Positions 19,942 through 28,254 of a DNA stretch of 64,000 nucleotides are shown one piece after another (the first letter of the stretch is position 1; each line of letters begins with the position of its first letter). The stretch lies in NCBI GenBank assembly GCA_039586795.1, contig JBDHJS010000013.1, forward strand, positions 1 through 64,000. Direction: 5' to 3'. The notes beneath the pieces were generated by a model, which searched no databases, was not told the DNA's origin, and saw only the letters and a program-made list of their open reading frames with translations. A program made the position numbers and the translations under genes. This DNA is from Gemmatimonadota bacterium. GTDB lineage: Bacteria; Gemmatimonadota; Gemmatimonadetes; Palauibacterales; KS3-K002.

Positions 19942-20766
19942 TCAGATAGCGACCCTAAACAGACCGCGAAGGGCGAACGCGGCGATCATGGTCAAGATGA
20001 AGAAGACGACGAGCCAGTGCGTCTCCCAACCGAATAAGCTCACCTCGGCTTCAGGATATCCGACCGCGATCGACTCGATTGGGCCAGGCGGAAGCGGCGG
20101 TTCGACGGGATAGAGTACCTGGCTGAGCAGCCCTCCGGATGGACGAACCACAGACCGTCGTACGACGGAGTTTGACACCTGCACGGACTTATCTAGCTCC
20201 GCGTCGCCCAGCCGGATGCTAAGCCGGTAGGTCCCCGGCCGCTGAGCACGGATGCGCCAGTCCGCTTCGTTGAGCGAGGGAATCCAGAGAAGCGGAGTCT
20301 CGACCGTGACGTCCGAGGGAGCATCGAGCTCGAGAGGCGGCGACTCTCCGGCCGTCCGGTCGGCATTCAACTTGACGGTGACGATCGCTTCGCTTCCCAC
20401 CTCCAGGCCCTGGTATCCGTAGCGGTACTGCAGCTGAACGATGACAAGCAGAAGAGGGATGCTCATCCAAAGCAACGGGACCAGCGTTAGCCGCATGTAG
20501 CGGAGGCTATGCCGGACGATCCCCATCTGGGCACTCAGCATGGTCCTCGGGTCGTCGCTAAAGAGCCGAATCTCGAAGATCCCGGCGTGCATCTGACGCT
20601 TGGCGGCAGCGAGCGCTTTCTGATCCGATGTGGCTTTGAAGATGAGGAGCACTGCAACTGCCGTGATGACGGACATCACAGTCAGGCCCACGACGGGCGG
20701 GAGATCGCGAAAGGGATAGAGCAGCACGTCGAACGTGCCGCTAACCAGAGCATTCAGGATACTCAT
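19942..20766 (-). CDS. Membrane protein resembling EMC3/TMCO1/DUF106 (Oxa1 superfamily), with an inserted beta domain
   Basis: Amphipathic helix, TM1, helical hairpin, TM2 (PLLWMSIPLLLV), beta-rich insert, TM3 (GWETHWLVVFFILTMIAAFALR). The CDS is solid; the family call is by eye. Confidence 0.6.
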   Translation of the reverse strand: MSILNALVSGTFDVLLYPFRDLPPVVGLTVMSVITAVAVLLIFKATSDQKALAAAKRQMHAGIFEIRLFSDDPRTMLSAQMGIVRHSLRYMRLTLVPLLWMSIPLLLVIVQLQYRYGYQGLEVGSEAIVTVKLNADRTAGESPPLELDAPSDVTVETPLLWIPSLNEADWRIRAQRPGTYRLSIRLGDAELDKSVQVSNSVVRRSVVRPSGGLLSQVLYPVEPPLPPGPIESIAVGYPEAEVSLFGWETHWLVVFFILTMIAAFALRGLFRVAI

Positions 20767-20785
20767 TCAGGCTATCCTCGGAACG

Positions 20786-20977
20786 TCAGGATATGTACCC
20801 CAATCCTTGGAGGCGCTTTCTGATCTCCTCCTCGGAGTCGGCCTCCTCGAGATGCGCCAGCTCCTTCTCTAGGGCGTGAGTGATGAACTCCTCGACCGAC
20901 GAGTATCCGGCTATGTCCGCGTAGCGCTTGACTCTCGTCAAGAGATTCTTGTCTAGCTTGACCTTCGACCCGAACAT
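20786..20977 (-). CDS. 63-aa ribbon-helix-helix (CopG-like) protein with C-terminal RLxxLGY tail
   Basis: AGGAGG RBS; beta-helix-GYSSVEEF-helix pattern; ends EEEIRKRLQGLGYIS. Confidence 0.8.
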   Translation of the reverse strand: MFGSKVKLDKNLLTRVKRYADIAGYSSVEEFITHALEKELAHLEEADSEEEIRKRLQGLGYIS

Positions 20978-20994
20978 CGTACTACCTCCTAGTC

Positions 20995-23010
20995 TTATCT
21001 ACTTTCCGCGGCAGGAGATTCATCTTCACGGGGGAAGCCCTCGATCCCAAACTCTGCGAGCACCGCCGCGGCCATTTCTCTAAGTGACTCAACCTCCAGG
21101 CGAAGCGGGCGGTTCGTGAACAGCACACCGGGCACTGCCTCATGGTCGATCTCATGGCCCGCGCTCCACTTGCTCACGTTGTCGTAGAACAATCCGTGGG
21201 GGATCCTTCCAACGGCCGACTCATCGGAGCTGCGAAACCCTGCGGCGTAACCAACGATCATGTCCGGACCGATTCCGCGATGTACGGTATCCCTGTAAAC
21301 GCGATCACGATGGTAGACTTTGGCTATGGCCGGCTCACCGGTCTGCGGATCGGTGACCCTTAAAAGACGTCTTGAGATCTCATCGATGATCAGGGTCCGC
21401 TGCTCTCGCGGCACGATGCCAAACCGTTCACGACCCCTCAGGTTGATGTACAGGCCGTTGAGACCCAAAGCATAGGCCTGGGTGCGCGACCAGTCGACGT
21501 TGGCAAAGAACTCCGACTCGCCCTGCCGCGACGGATCTTTGAGCACCAGGTAGCCGTTCTCCTCGAGCCACGTGTTCAGGTTGAACGCGCGCCGCCAGGA
21601 GACGAAGCCGTGGTCCGACATCACGATGAGCGTGGTGTTGTCATCGATGTGCTCCAATGTCTCGCCGACGATCTCGTCTGCCTCGATATAGAGGTCTACG
21701 ATCTCACCTCGATAAGGGCCATCAACGATGGGGTCGTGGGCGGGATGAGTAGAGTCCATGGCGCTCCACATCACATGCGAGACCATATCGAGATGCCCGA
21801 AGTAGTAGAAGAGCAATCCACCCTCGAAGCGCTCCAGAAGAAAGTCGTATTGTTTCCGATTCTCTGCGGCTACCATCGCGGCCTGGGCAAGAAACTCGTC
21901 ATCGTCGAAGACGCCTGCGGTGAGCGCCCGAGTGTCCTCCGCCATTCCCTGGGTGTAGTAGCGTCCGGTGGCCGATGCTAGCTCGGCCGCAAAGTCGGGA
22001 GGACTCGAGATGGGCATCGCCGGGTCCAGCGGGTCCAGGTTGATCGGCGTGACGTAAAGTTGAAACTCGGGCCGGACCTGCTTGAGGTAGAAACGGCACG
22101 TACCAACCAGGCTCTTCACAAAGATCATCAGCTCGTAGTCGACCGTCAGCCACTCGCTCCACTCGCCTTCCTGAAGAACGACCTCCTGTTCACCCAGTAC
22201 GATCTTGGCTACGGGCCTGGTGGGATCGATGTAGACCGTGAAGTCGGCTTCCAGGTTACTCGATTCGGCCAAAAAGGGATGCGCGGGACCTCGGAGGCTT
22301 CCGTTGAATACGTGATCGATGACTTCCGCTTCGTAGACGGCGCCGCCGCCGGCGATCGTCGCAGTTATCCGCTCCGGAGCGGTGGTGAAGAACGAGAACG
22401 TGCCATAGGTCCCCAGGATGTCCGGCGTACCCATTCCGCTCAGCTCGCGGCTGGCCGATCCGGATGGCGGAAAGTTGGCCGGCATGCGAACGATAGCGGT
22501 GGGGACACCGTGGTCCTCCAGCACCTCCCAAAACGGTGTGCCGTAGCGCAGCAGCTGAACGCCGCCGCCGGACAGCGGGAACTGCCAGCGGCCCAGCTTG
22601 ATGGTTCTGCCCGGCCCCTCCGTCCTCGAGGTCGACAGGTACGGTACCATCGTCGCCGGGTCCCGGTGCATGAAGTCGAATATGCCGTGGCCGCCCGCAT
22701 CGAGACCCGTGATGAATTCCGACCATGCCACCGGGCTCTGCGGAGGAATCGAGGTCCGCAGCGCTCCGAAGCGACCATCACGGGCGAGCTGCATCAGGTT
22801 GGGTAACCGACCCTCGGACATCAGCCGCTCGGTAAGACTGTAGTCCATCCCGTCGAAACCGAGCACGATCACGCGTTTCTCTACAACAGAGGCGTCGTTC
22901 CCACAGCTCGTGCTGGCAGCGAGAACGAAGAGCATCAGGAGGCCGACCGAACGGGCACTCGCCCACCGGCGGGGAGCCGAGATCAACTCGGGACCGTACC
23001 TGCTCTTCAC
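20995..23010 (-). CDS. Alkaline phosphatase superfamily (type I phosphodiesterase/NPP-like) lipoprotein, paralog B
   Basis: GFDG, TSIPPQSPVAW, DMVSH, SDHG, SAGH; lipobox-like STSC; GTG start in a GTGA overlap with a GGAGG RBS. Confidence 0.88.
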   Translation of the reverse strand: MKSRYGPELISAPRRWASARSVGLLMLFVLAASTSCGNDASVVEKRVIVLGFDGMDYSLTERLMSEGRLPNLMQLARDGRFGALRTSIPPQSPVAWSEFITGLDAGGHGIFDFMHRDPATMVPYLSTSRTEGPGRTIKLGRWQFPLSGGGVQLLRYGTPFWEVLEDHGVPTAIVRMPANFPPSGSASRELSGMGTPDILGTYGTFSFFTTAPERITATIAGGGAVYEAEVIDHVFNGSLRGPAHPFLAESSNLEADFTVYIDPTRPVAKIVLGEQEVVLQEGEWSEWLTVDYELMIFVKSLVGTCRFYLKQVRPEFQLYVTPINLDPLDPAMPISSPPDFAAELASATGRYYTQGMAEDTRALTAGVFDDDEFLAQAAMVAAENRKQYDFLLERFEGGLLFYYFGHLDMVSHVMWSAMDSTHPAHDPIVDGPYRGEIVDLYIEADEIVGETLEHIDDNTTLIVMSDHGFVSWRRAFNLNTWLEENGYLVLKDPSRQGESEFFANVDWSRTQAYALGLNGLYINLRGRERFGIVPREQRTLIIDEISRRLLRVTDPQTGEPAIAKVYHRDRVYRDTVHRGIGPDMIVGYAAGFRSSDESAVGRIPHGLFYDNVSKWSAGHEIDHEAVPGVLFTNRPLRLEVESLREMAAAVLAEFGIEGFPREDESPAAESR

Positions 23011-25148
23011 CGCGCACCCTCCGCTGAGGACGCAGAGGAAGCTCCGACCTTCCCTGTATCGTGAAATAGCGTGCTTCCATCCATGTATCCCGGCGGCTCG
23101 ACTCCGAACAGCCAGAGCGCGGTCGGCGCGATGTCGACCAACGCCGGGTCGGCTCGGTGGGTGGGCCGATTGCAGAACAAGACGCCCGGGACCAGGCGCG
23201 GATCGATACAATGATCTCCGCTCCAGGGCTTGCGATTGTCTTCGAAGATGGGACCCGCAATCACTCCTGTCGCTCCATCCCAAGAAGTCCGGTAGCCGGC
23301 GTTGTATCCCATCAACATGTCGGGCGCATCCTTCACGTACGGTCCTTTGTACAGCTCATCCGTCGCAAACACCTCGCGGATGGCGACGTCGCCAGTCTCC
23401 GCATCCACGAGGCCGCTGAGTTTGTCGATCAGTTCAGTCTTGAGCGACATGGCTGCGTCGCCCGGCTCCACAATCCCTTCAGCCTCTCGACCCTTCAGGT
23501 TGAGATAGAGACCGGTCAGACCCAGAGCGTAGGCCCGTGTCTTCGACCAGTCCACATCGCGAAGCCAGTCGGACCTTCCGTCGGTTCCGTCTTTGAGCGT
23601 GAGATAGCCGTTGGCGAGCAGCCAGCTGTTCAGGTTCACGCCGCGCCTAAACGAGCTGAAACCATGGTCGGACAACACCATGAGAACGTCACCGTCTTTC
23701 AACGCGCTCATGGCCCGTCCAACGATGGCATCGTTGTGTACGTAAAGCTTCTCTATAGCATCGCGATGTGCTGACTCGGTCTGCCCACCGTTGGCCGGGT
23801 GATCGGCTTCGAGGTAACGCCAGAACATGTGTTGGATCCGATCGGTGGCATCGAACACACAGGCCAGCATTCCCCGGCGCAGCTTATCCAGAGCGGTGAA
23901 GAACATCTCTTCCCGCTCCTTGTCTATATCGTAAGTGAGTTCAAGGAACGATTCGTCGCCGATGACGCCCTCGTTCAGGGCCCAGGTGTCCTCGGCGAGG
24001 CCCGTTGTAGCGTACTTGCCGAGCTTCTTCGCCAAATAGATGGCATAGTAATGCGGGTGCGAGATCGGCATCGCCGGCTTTTCGGGATCGATGTTGATCG
24101 GCGTCATGTAAAGCGAAAAATGCTCGCCCATCTCGGTGACCATCATCCGGCAGATCCCGCGTATCTTGACGCCCGGCGCAGCGCGGAAGCCAACGTTAAC
24201 CCAATCGCTCAGAACCCCGGTCTGTAGCACGAGCCGGGTCCCGTCGAGCGACAGTCGAACGAGGTTGGCGCCGCGGTCTAGTTCAATCTCGAGAGGTACC
24301 TCGAGCGGCGGATCACCATCGATGAAGGGGTTCGCCGGACCCTGCACGACCGTTGCGGCACGATCGCCGTTCATCTCGAGCTCCACCCGGGTGCCGCCCT
24401 CCTTGAAACGCGCTTCGGAACGCCGGGTGGTGTACAGCCTGAACGTGCCTTGTGTACCGAGAAGATCGGGCACCGACATGGCGCTCAGCTGGGCCCCATA
24501 AAAACGGTCCGGCGGGAACGTTATGGGCACTCGGAGGATCGTGCTCCATATGTTGCGTTCGCCAAGGATCGACCAGAAGGGTTTTGATTTTCTCAGCAGG
24601 CGCAGTTCCGGGCTTTTGAGAGGAACGCGGAAACGGCCCAATCTCAGAAATCGATCGACCTTGCCGACCCGCGTAGATGAGAGGATCGGAAGATAGGTCC
24701 GCCGATCGCGGTCGAGGAAGTCGAAGATGTTGTGCTTGGCCGGATGAGTTCCAGTGCTGAACGAGGACCAAGCCACAGGCGACACCGACGGATAGGTCGT
24801 GGCGAGTCGGTGATAGCATCCCATCTCGGCGAGGCGCCGGAAGTTGGGCAGCTTTCCCTCTTCCAAGAAACGATCGGTGAGTTTCGGATCCTGGCCGTCG
24901 AAACCGAGCACGATCAGCCGTTTGATCCTCGGGCGTGCCCGGCGTACGCGGCGGAGCGCGCGCCACACCATGCGAAACGGCCAAAGAAGCATCGAGACAA
25001 CGGCCATGAGGCCCGTCACGAATACGACCAGAAACGAGGTGACGAAGACGAAGCCGGCGCCCGGACCGACATAGGCGGCCGCCGGGCTGGGCGTGGCGAG
25101 CAGCAGCACCAGAGCGAGGGTTGCCGCTGCCAGACAGCGGCGCTTCAG
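23007..25148 (-). CDS. Alkaline phosphatase superfamily (type I phosphodiesterase/NPP-like) membrane-anchored protein, paralog A
   Basis: GFDG, TTYPSVSPVAW, DRIQH, SDHG, SGDH; signal peptide AAA/YVGPGAG then a TM helix. Start uncertain (CTG 25148 or TTG 25187). Confidence 0.85.
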   Translation of the reverse strand: MKRRCLAAATLALVLLLATPSPAAAYVGPGAGFVFVTSFLVVFVTGLMAVVSMLLWPFRMVWRALRRVRRARPRIKRLIVLGFDGQDPKLTDRFLEEGKLPNFRRLAEMGCYHRLATTYPSVSPVAWSSFSTGTHPAKHNIFDFLDRDRRTYLPILSSTRVGKVDRFLRLGRFRVPLKSPELRLLRKSKPFWSILGERNIWSTILRVPITFPPDRFYGAQLSAMSVPDLLGTQGTFRLYTTRRSEARFKEGGTRVELEMNGDRAATVVQGPANPFIDGDPPLEVPLEIELDRGANLVRLSLDGTRLVLQTGVLSDWVNVGFRAAPGVKIRGICRMMVTEMGEHFSLYMTPINIDPEKPAMPISHPHYYAIYLAKKLGKYATTGLAEDTWALNEGVIGDESFLELTYDIDKEREEMFFTALDKLRRGMLACVFDATDRIQHMFWRYLEADHPANGGQTESAHRDAIEKLYVHNDAIVGRAMSALKDGDVLMVLSDHGFSSFRRGVNLNSWLLANGYLTLKDGTDGRSDWLRDVDWSKTRAYALGLTGLYLNLKGREAEGIVEPGDAAMSLKTELIDKLSGLVDAETGDVAIREVFATDELYKGPYVKDAPDMLMGYNAGYRTSWDGATGVIAGPIFEDNRKPWSGDHCIDPRLVPGVLFCNRPTHRADPALVDIAPTALWLFGVEPPGYMDGSTLFHDTGKVGASSASSAEGAR

Positions 25149-25202
25149 CTTATCTTCTACCGCTGACCGGCTATGCGACCCTGCCAACCAGAGAGCGTTA
25201 TC

Positions 25203-25814
25203 GTGGCCTCTTCGCTCCTTCGATTCTTCAGGCGTGTTAGATACGGAAAGCCGATCATCGTCGTTTCCGGCCTCCCACGCTCCGGCACGTCGCTGATGAT
25301 GCAGATGCTCGAAGCCGGCGGGATAGAGATCGTGACCGATCGCGTCAGGACAGCCGATGAGAGCAATCCTCAAGGGTATTACGAGTTGGAGGCGGTCAAG
25401 GAGCTCGATAAAGGGACCCACCCGTTCTGGCTCAAAGATGCCAGAGGTAAAGCAGTCAAGATCATCGCGTTTCTCATAAACTACCTGCCGGAGACCTTCA
25501 GCTACAAGGTCATTTTCATGCATCGAGACATAGACGAAGTGCTCGCCTCCCAGACCAAGATGCTAGCACTGCGCGGCGAGCCCTCAGACACCGACGACGC
25601 ACGCATGCGTGAACTCTTCGAGGGTCACCTCGCCAGGACCAAGCGTCTGCTCACAAGCCGTGCTTGTTTCGAGGTCCTCGACATCAGCTACAATGAGATC
25701 CTCGAAAACGCCTCCGAGCATGCGGGGCGCGTCGATCGCTTCTTAGATGCGCAGCTCGACGTCGAACGCATGGCCGCGGTCGTGAACCCCGATTTGTACC
25801 GGAGCCGTCGCTGA
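25203..25814 (+). CDS. PAPS-dependent sulfotransferase family protein
   Basis: GLPRSGTS 5'-PSB loop, NPQGYYE, MHRD..EVLAS; likely GTG start at 25203. Confidence 0.85.
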   Translation: MASSLLRFFRRVRYGKPIIVVSGLPRSGTSLMMQMLEAGGIEIVTDRVRTADESNPQGYYELEAVKELDKGTHPFWLKDARGKAVKIIAFLINYLPETFSYKVIFMHRDIDEVLASQTKMLALRGEPSDTDDARMRELFEGHLARTKRLLTSRACFEVLDISYNEILENASEHAGRVDRFLDAQLDVERMAAVVNPDLYRSRR

Positions 25815-25817
25815 TCT

Positions 25818-28247
25818 TCACTGAATGTATCCCAACGACCGCAGTGTCTCGAGTTGCGCGGGCGTTAGACTCACCTCACCACCTGGCGTGAAGAGCTGCG
25901 CCAATACCTGGTGCGCCTCGAACTGCGCCTCGAGGAACTCGGTGTACCTCTCCACCAGGTCGGGCCGCTCCTCGTGCAGGCTGTGCCAGCAATCGGGATC
26001 GTTCCACAGGTCGCAGATCAGCAGTGGCGCGGGTCGGCCCTCCGGACGAATGCGGGGACGAGGCGCCGGAGGATGCCCGATAAGCAGCGACGCTCCCCAG
26101 CGGCCGTCGATCACCTCGATGAAACCGCTGAGCTCACCGGTCTGCGGGTCCGCGTAAAACTGGTCCAAGATCACCGGCCGAGGTTCCCAGCCTTCCTCGC
26201 CCAGAAGCAAGGGCGCCAGCGACTGGCCCTGCATGACCTCGGGCATCGGCAGTCCGGCGAGGTCCAGGATCGTGGGCAACATGTCGATCATCGACACCGG
26301 CTGTCTGAAGCGCTGGCCACCCGCGATGCGATCCGGCCACACGATGATCAGCGGAATACGGCTCACCGAGCTTCTCAATATCGGGCCCCAGTGAGGCGAG
26401 AACGGGTCGCGGAGGAGCGCGGACCATTGGCTATGATCGGAGGCGACGACGAGCACCGTGTGCTCCCACTCGCCTGCGGCCTTCAGCCGTTCCACCAGTT
26501 GCCCAATCTGGTGATCCTGGTGCGCCATCGTCTCGTCGTAGAGGCGGCGTCGGGCTTCGAAGTACGCGATCGGACTGATGCCGGTCTCAGCGAAGGCAGT
26601 TGAGTCCGGGTCGGCGGCCCACCAGACGCCGCCTGTCTCTTGTAGCTGGCGCTCCCACGCGTAGTAGCGCTCCCGCAACTCGGGACTGATGAAGAGGCCG
26701 GCGAAGGGCGTCGCCGGTCTCCACGGCCAGTGCACGTCGGTGGTCTGGAAGTGCACCCAGTAGGGCTCAGCTGGGTAAGTCTCGCGCCATCTCCAGAAGG
26801 ACCCGTGAAGGAAGACCGAGGAAACCGAATTGTTGTCGCTCCGGAACCAGGGCAATCCCGACCAGCTTTCACGCAGGGCATCAACCCCTCGATGGAGGCT
26901 GCTCATCATGCCGGCAAAAGGGTTGGCGGTGAACACCGCCGTCTGGTAGCCGTCCGCATGTAGGTATTGGGCCATCGTCACTGCCTGTTCGGGCAGCGGA
27001 TCGGCGTTGGTCCTGTAACCACCCAGCACGCTGTGCTGCAGTGAGGTCATGAACGAAGGCGTCGAGACCTTTGTCCAGCTGGAATTGCTGTAGGCATGCT
27101 CGAACACCGCTCCTTCGGCTGCCAGACGCTCCAGGTTCGGAGTCGTTCGACGGTTGTATCCGTAGACGCTCATGAGATCCGCCGCAGCGCCGTCGATGAT
27201 GTAGAAGACGACGTTGGGCTTGTCAGTGGTTCGCGCGCCGCTGAGAGTCGGTGCGGCCCAAAGGGCCACGGTGCCGGCGCGCTCCGCGTCTGCCTCCAGT
27301 GTCAGCGTCACAGTCTGTCCCGCCAGGTGGGACAGATCCACCGAGCGCTGCGCCCAGCGGTTCGGGTCGGCATAGGTCTCCGCCAACAGGGTCTCGGCCT
27401 CGCGACCTTTCCGCTGCGCGGTGATCGCGAACGTCACCGGCGCATTGCCCCGCAGCACCCCCAGGCCGAGATCGAGGCGTCCTGCTTCGGGCACCTTCAC
27501 CTGGTAGTCGAGCCGCCCTGGCGTATGGGTGTAGAGGGTCCGACGATGGGCATTGTCGCGCTCCTCCATCCGCAACCCGGCGCGACTCCCCGCGAACTCG
27601 GCCTCCCGCGCTATCACACGCACCGACAGAATGTCGAGCGTCACTTCTTCCACGTCCGGCTGGCTGTTGAACCAGATAGCCAGCTGGGTCCAGGTCCCTT
27701 CCCACCTCCCAACTCTGGGCGCGTCTAGAGACAGCCGGTACGTCTGGACCGTGCCATCGGTCACGAGGCGCGACCACTCACCGCGGCTCTGAAAAGGGAG
27801 GACGCCAAGCACCGGGTCTTCTTCAGTGTAGTTGAATCCCAAGCCTATGGCGTTCATCCGATCGCGCGTGCGGGCGCGAATCTCTACGTACGCCCAGTCC
27901 TCCAGCGCCCAGTCCGGCAGATCGACATAGATGGCGCCGATCAAGCGGGGGCCGTCGGCACGGTGTTCTGCGGTTAGGGGCAGAGCCAGAGCGTCGTCAG
28001 TTTGAACAGGCTCGACGGACCCCAACTGTGCCCCGATCGGTCTGGCTGGCCTCCAGTCCGGCTGCGGTTCATCGAAGCGCCAAGCCACCTGGGGAATGCC
28101 CGCGGGAACTTCGGAGCCCACGACGGTGGCGGCGGCGAGATGGTCTTCAAGGTGCAGAGGCCGCTGAGCCCGTAGCACCGGAGAGCCGGCGTCGCCGCAT
28201 CCCCCTATGAGGATCAAGCCAAGGAACAGTACTCTAAAGCGGAACAT
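25818..28247 (-). CDS. Sulfatase-like hydrolase/transferase lipoprotein (Thr nucleophile, no FGly motif)
   Basis: Lipobox IGGC; KPNVV..ID, YGYNRRTTPNL, SWTKVS, DVH, SDH; ends LRSLGYIQ. Confidence 0.88.
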   Translation of the reverse strand: MFRFRVLFLGLILIGGCGDAGSPVLRAQRPLHLEDHLAAATVVGSEVPAGIPQVAWRFDEPQPDWRPARPIGAQLGSVEPVQTDDALALPLTAEHRADGPRLIGAIYVDLPDWALEDWAYVEIRARTRDRMNAIGLGFNYTEEDPVLGVLPFQSRGEWSRLVTDGTVQTYRLSLDAPRVGRWEGTWTQLAIWFNSQPDVEEVTLDILSVRVIAREAEFAGSRAGLRMEERDNAHRRTLYTHTPGRLDYQVKVPEAGRLDLGLGVLRGNAPVTFAITAQRKGREAETLLAETYADPNRWAQRSVDLSHLAGQTVTLTLEADAERAGTVALWAAPTLSGARTTDKPNVVFYIIDGAAADLMSVYGYNRRTTPNLERLAAEGAVFEHAYSNSSWTKVSTPSFMTSLQHSVLGGYRTNADPLPEQAVTMAQYLHADGYQTAVFTANPFAGMMSSLHRGVDALRESWSGLPWFRSDNNSVSSVFLHGSFWRWRETYPAEPYWVHFQTTDVHWPWRPATPFAGLFISPELRERYYAWERQLQETGGVWWAADPDSTAFAETGISPIAYFEARRRLYDETMAHQDHQIGQLVERLKAAGEWEHTVLVVASDHSQWSALLRDPFSPHWGPILRSSVSRIPLIIVWPDRIAGGQRFRQPVSMIDMLPTILDLAGLPMPEVMQGQSLAPLLLGEEGWEPRPVILDQFYADPQTGELSGFIEVIDGRWGASLLIGHPPAPRPRIRPEGRPAPLLICDLWNDPDCWHSLHEERPDLVERYTEFLEAQFEAHQVLAQLFTPGGEVSLTPAQLETLRSLGYIQ

Positions 28248-28254
28248 TGCCACC

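Noticed and set aside
25149..25523. Long N-terminal extension of paralog A in the ORF track
   Set aside because: Antisense to the sulfotransferase and precedes an obvious signal peptide; the extensions at 23011-23283 and 35144-35353 were trimmed for similar overlap reasons.
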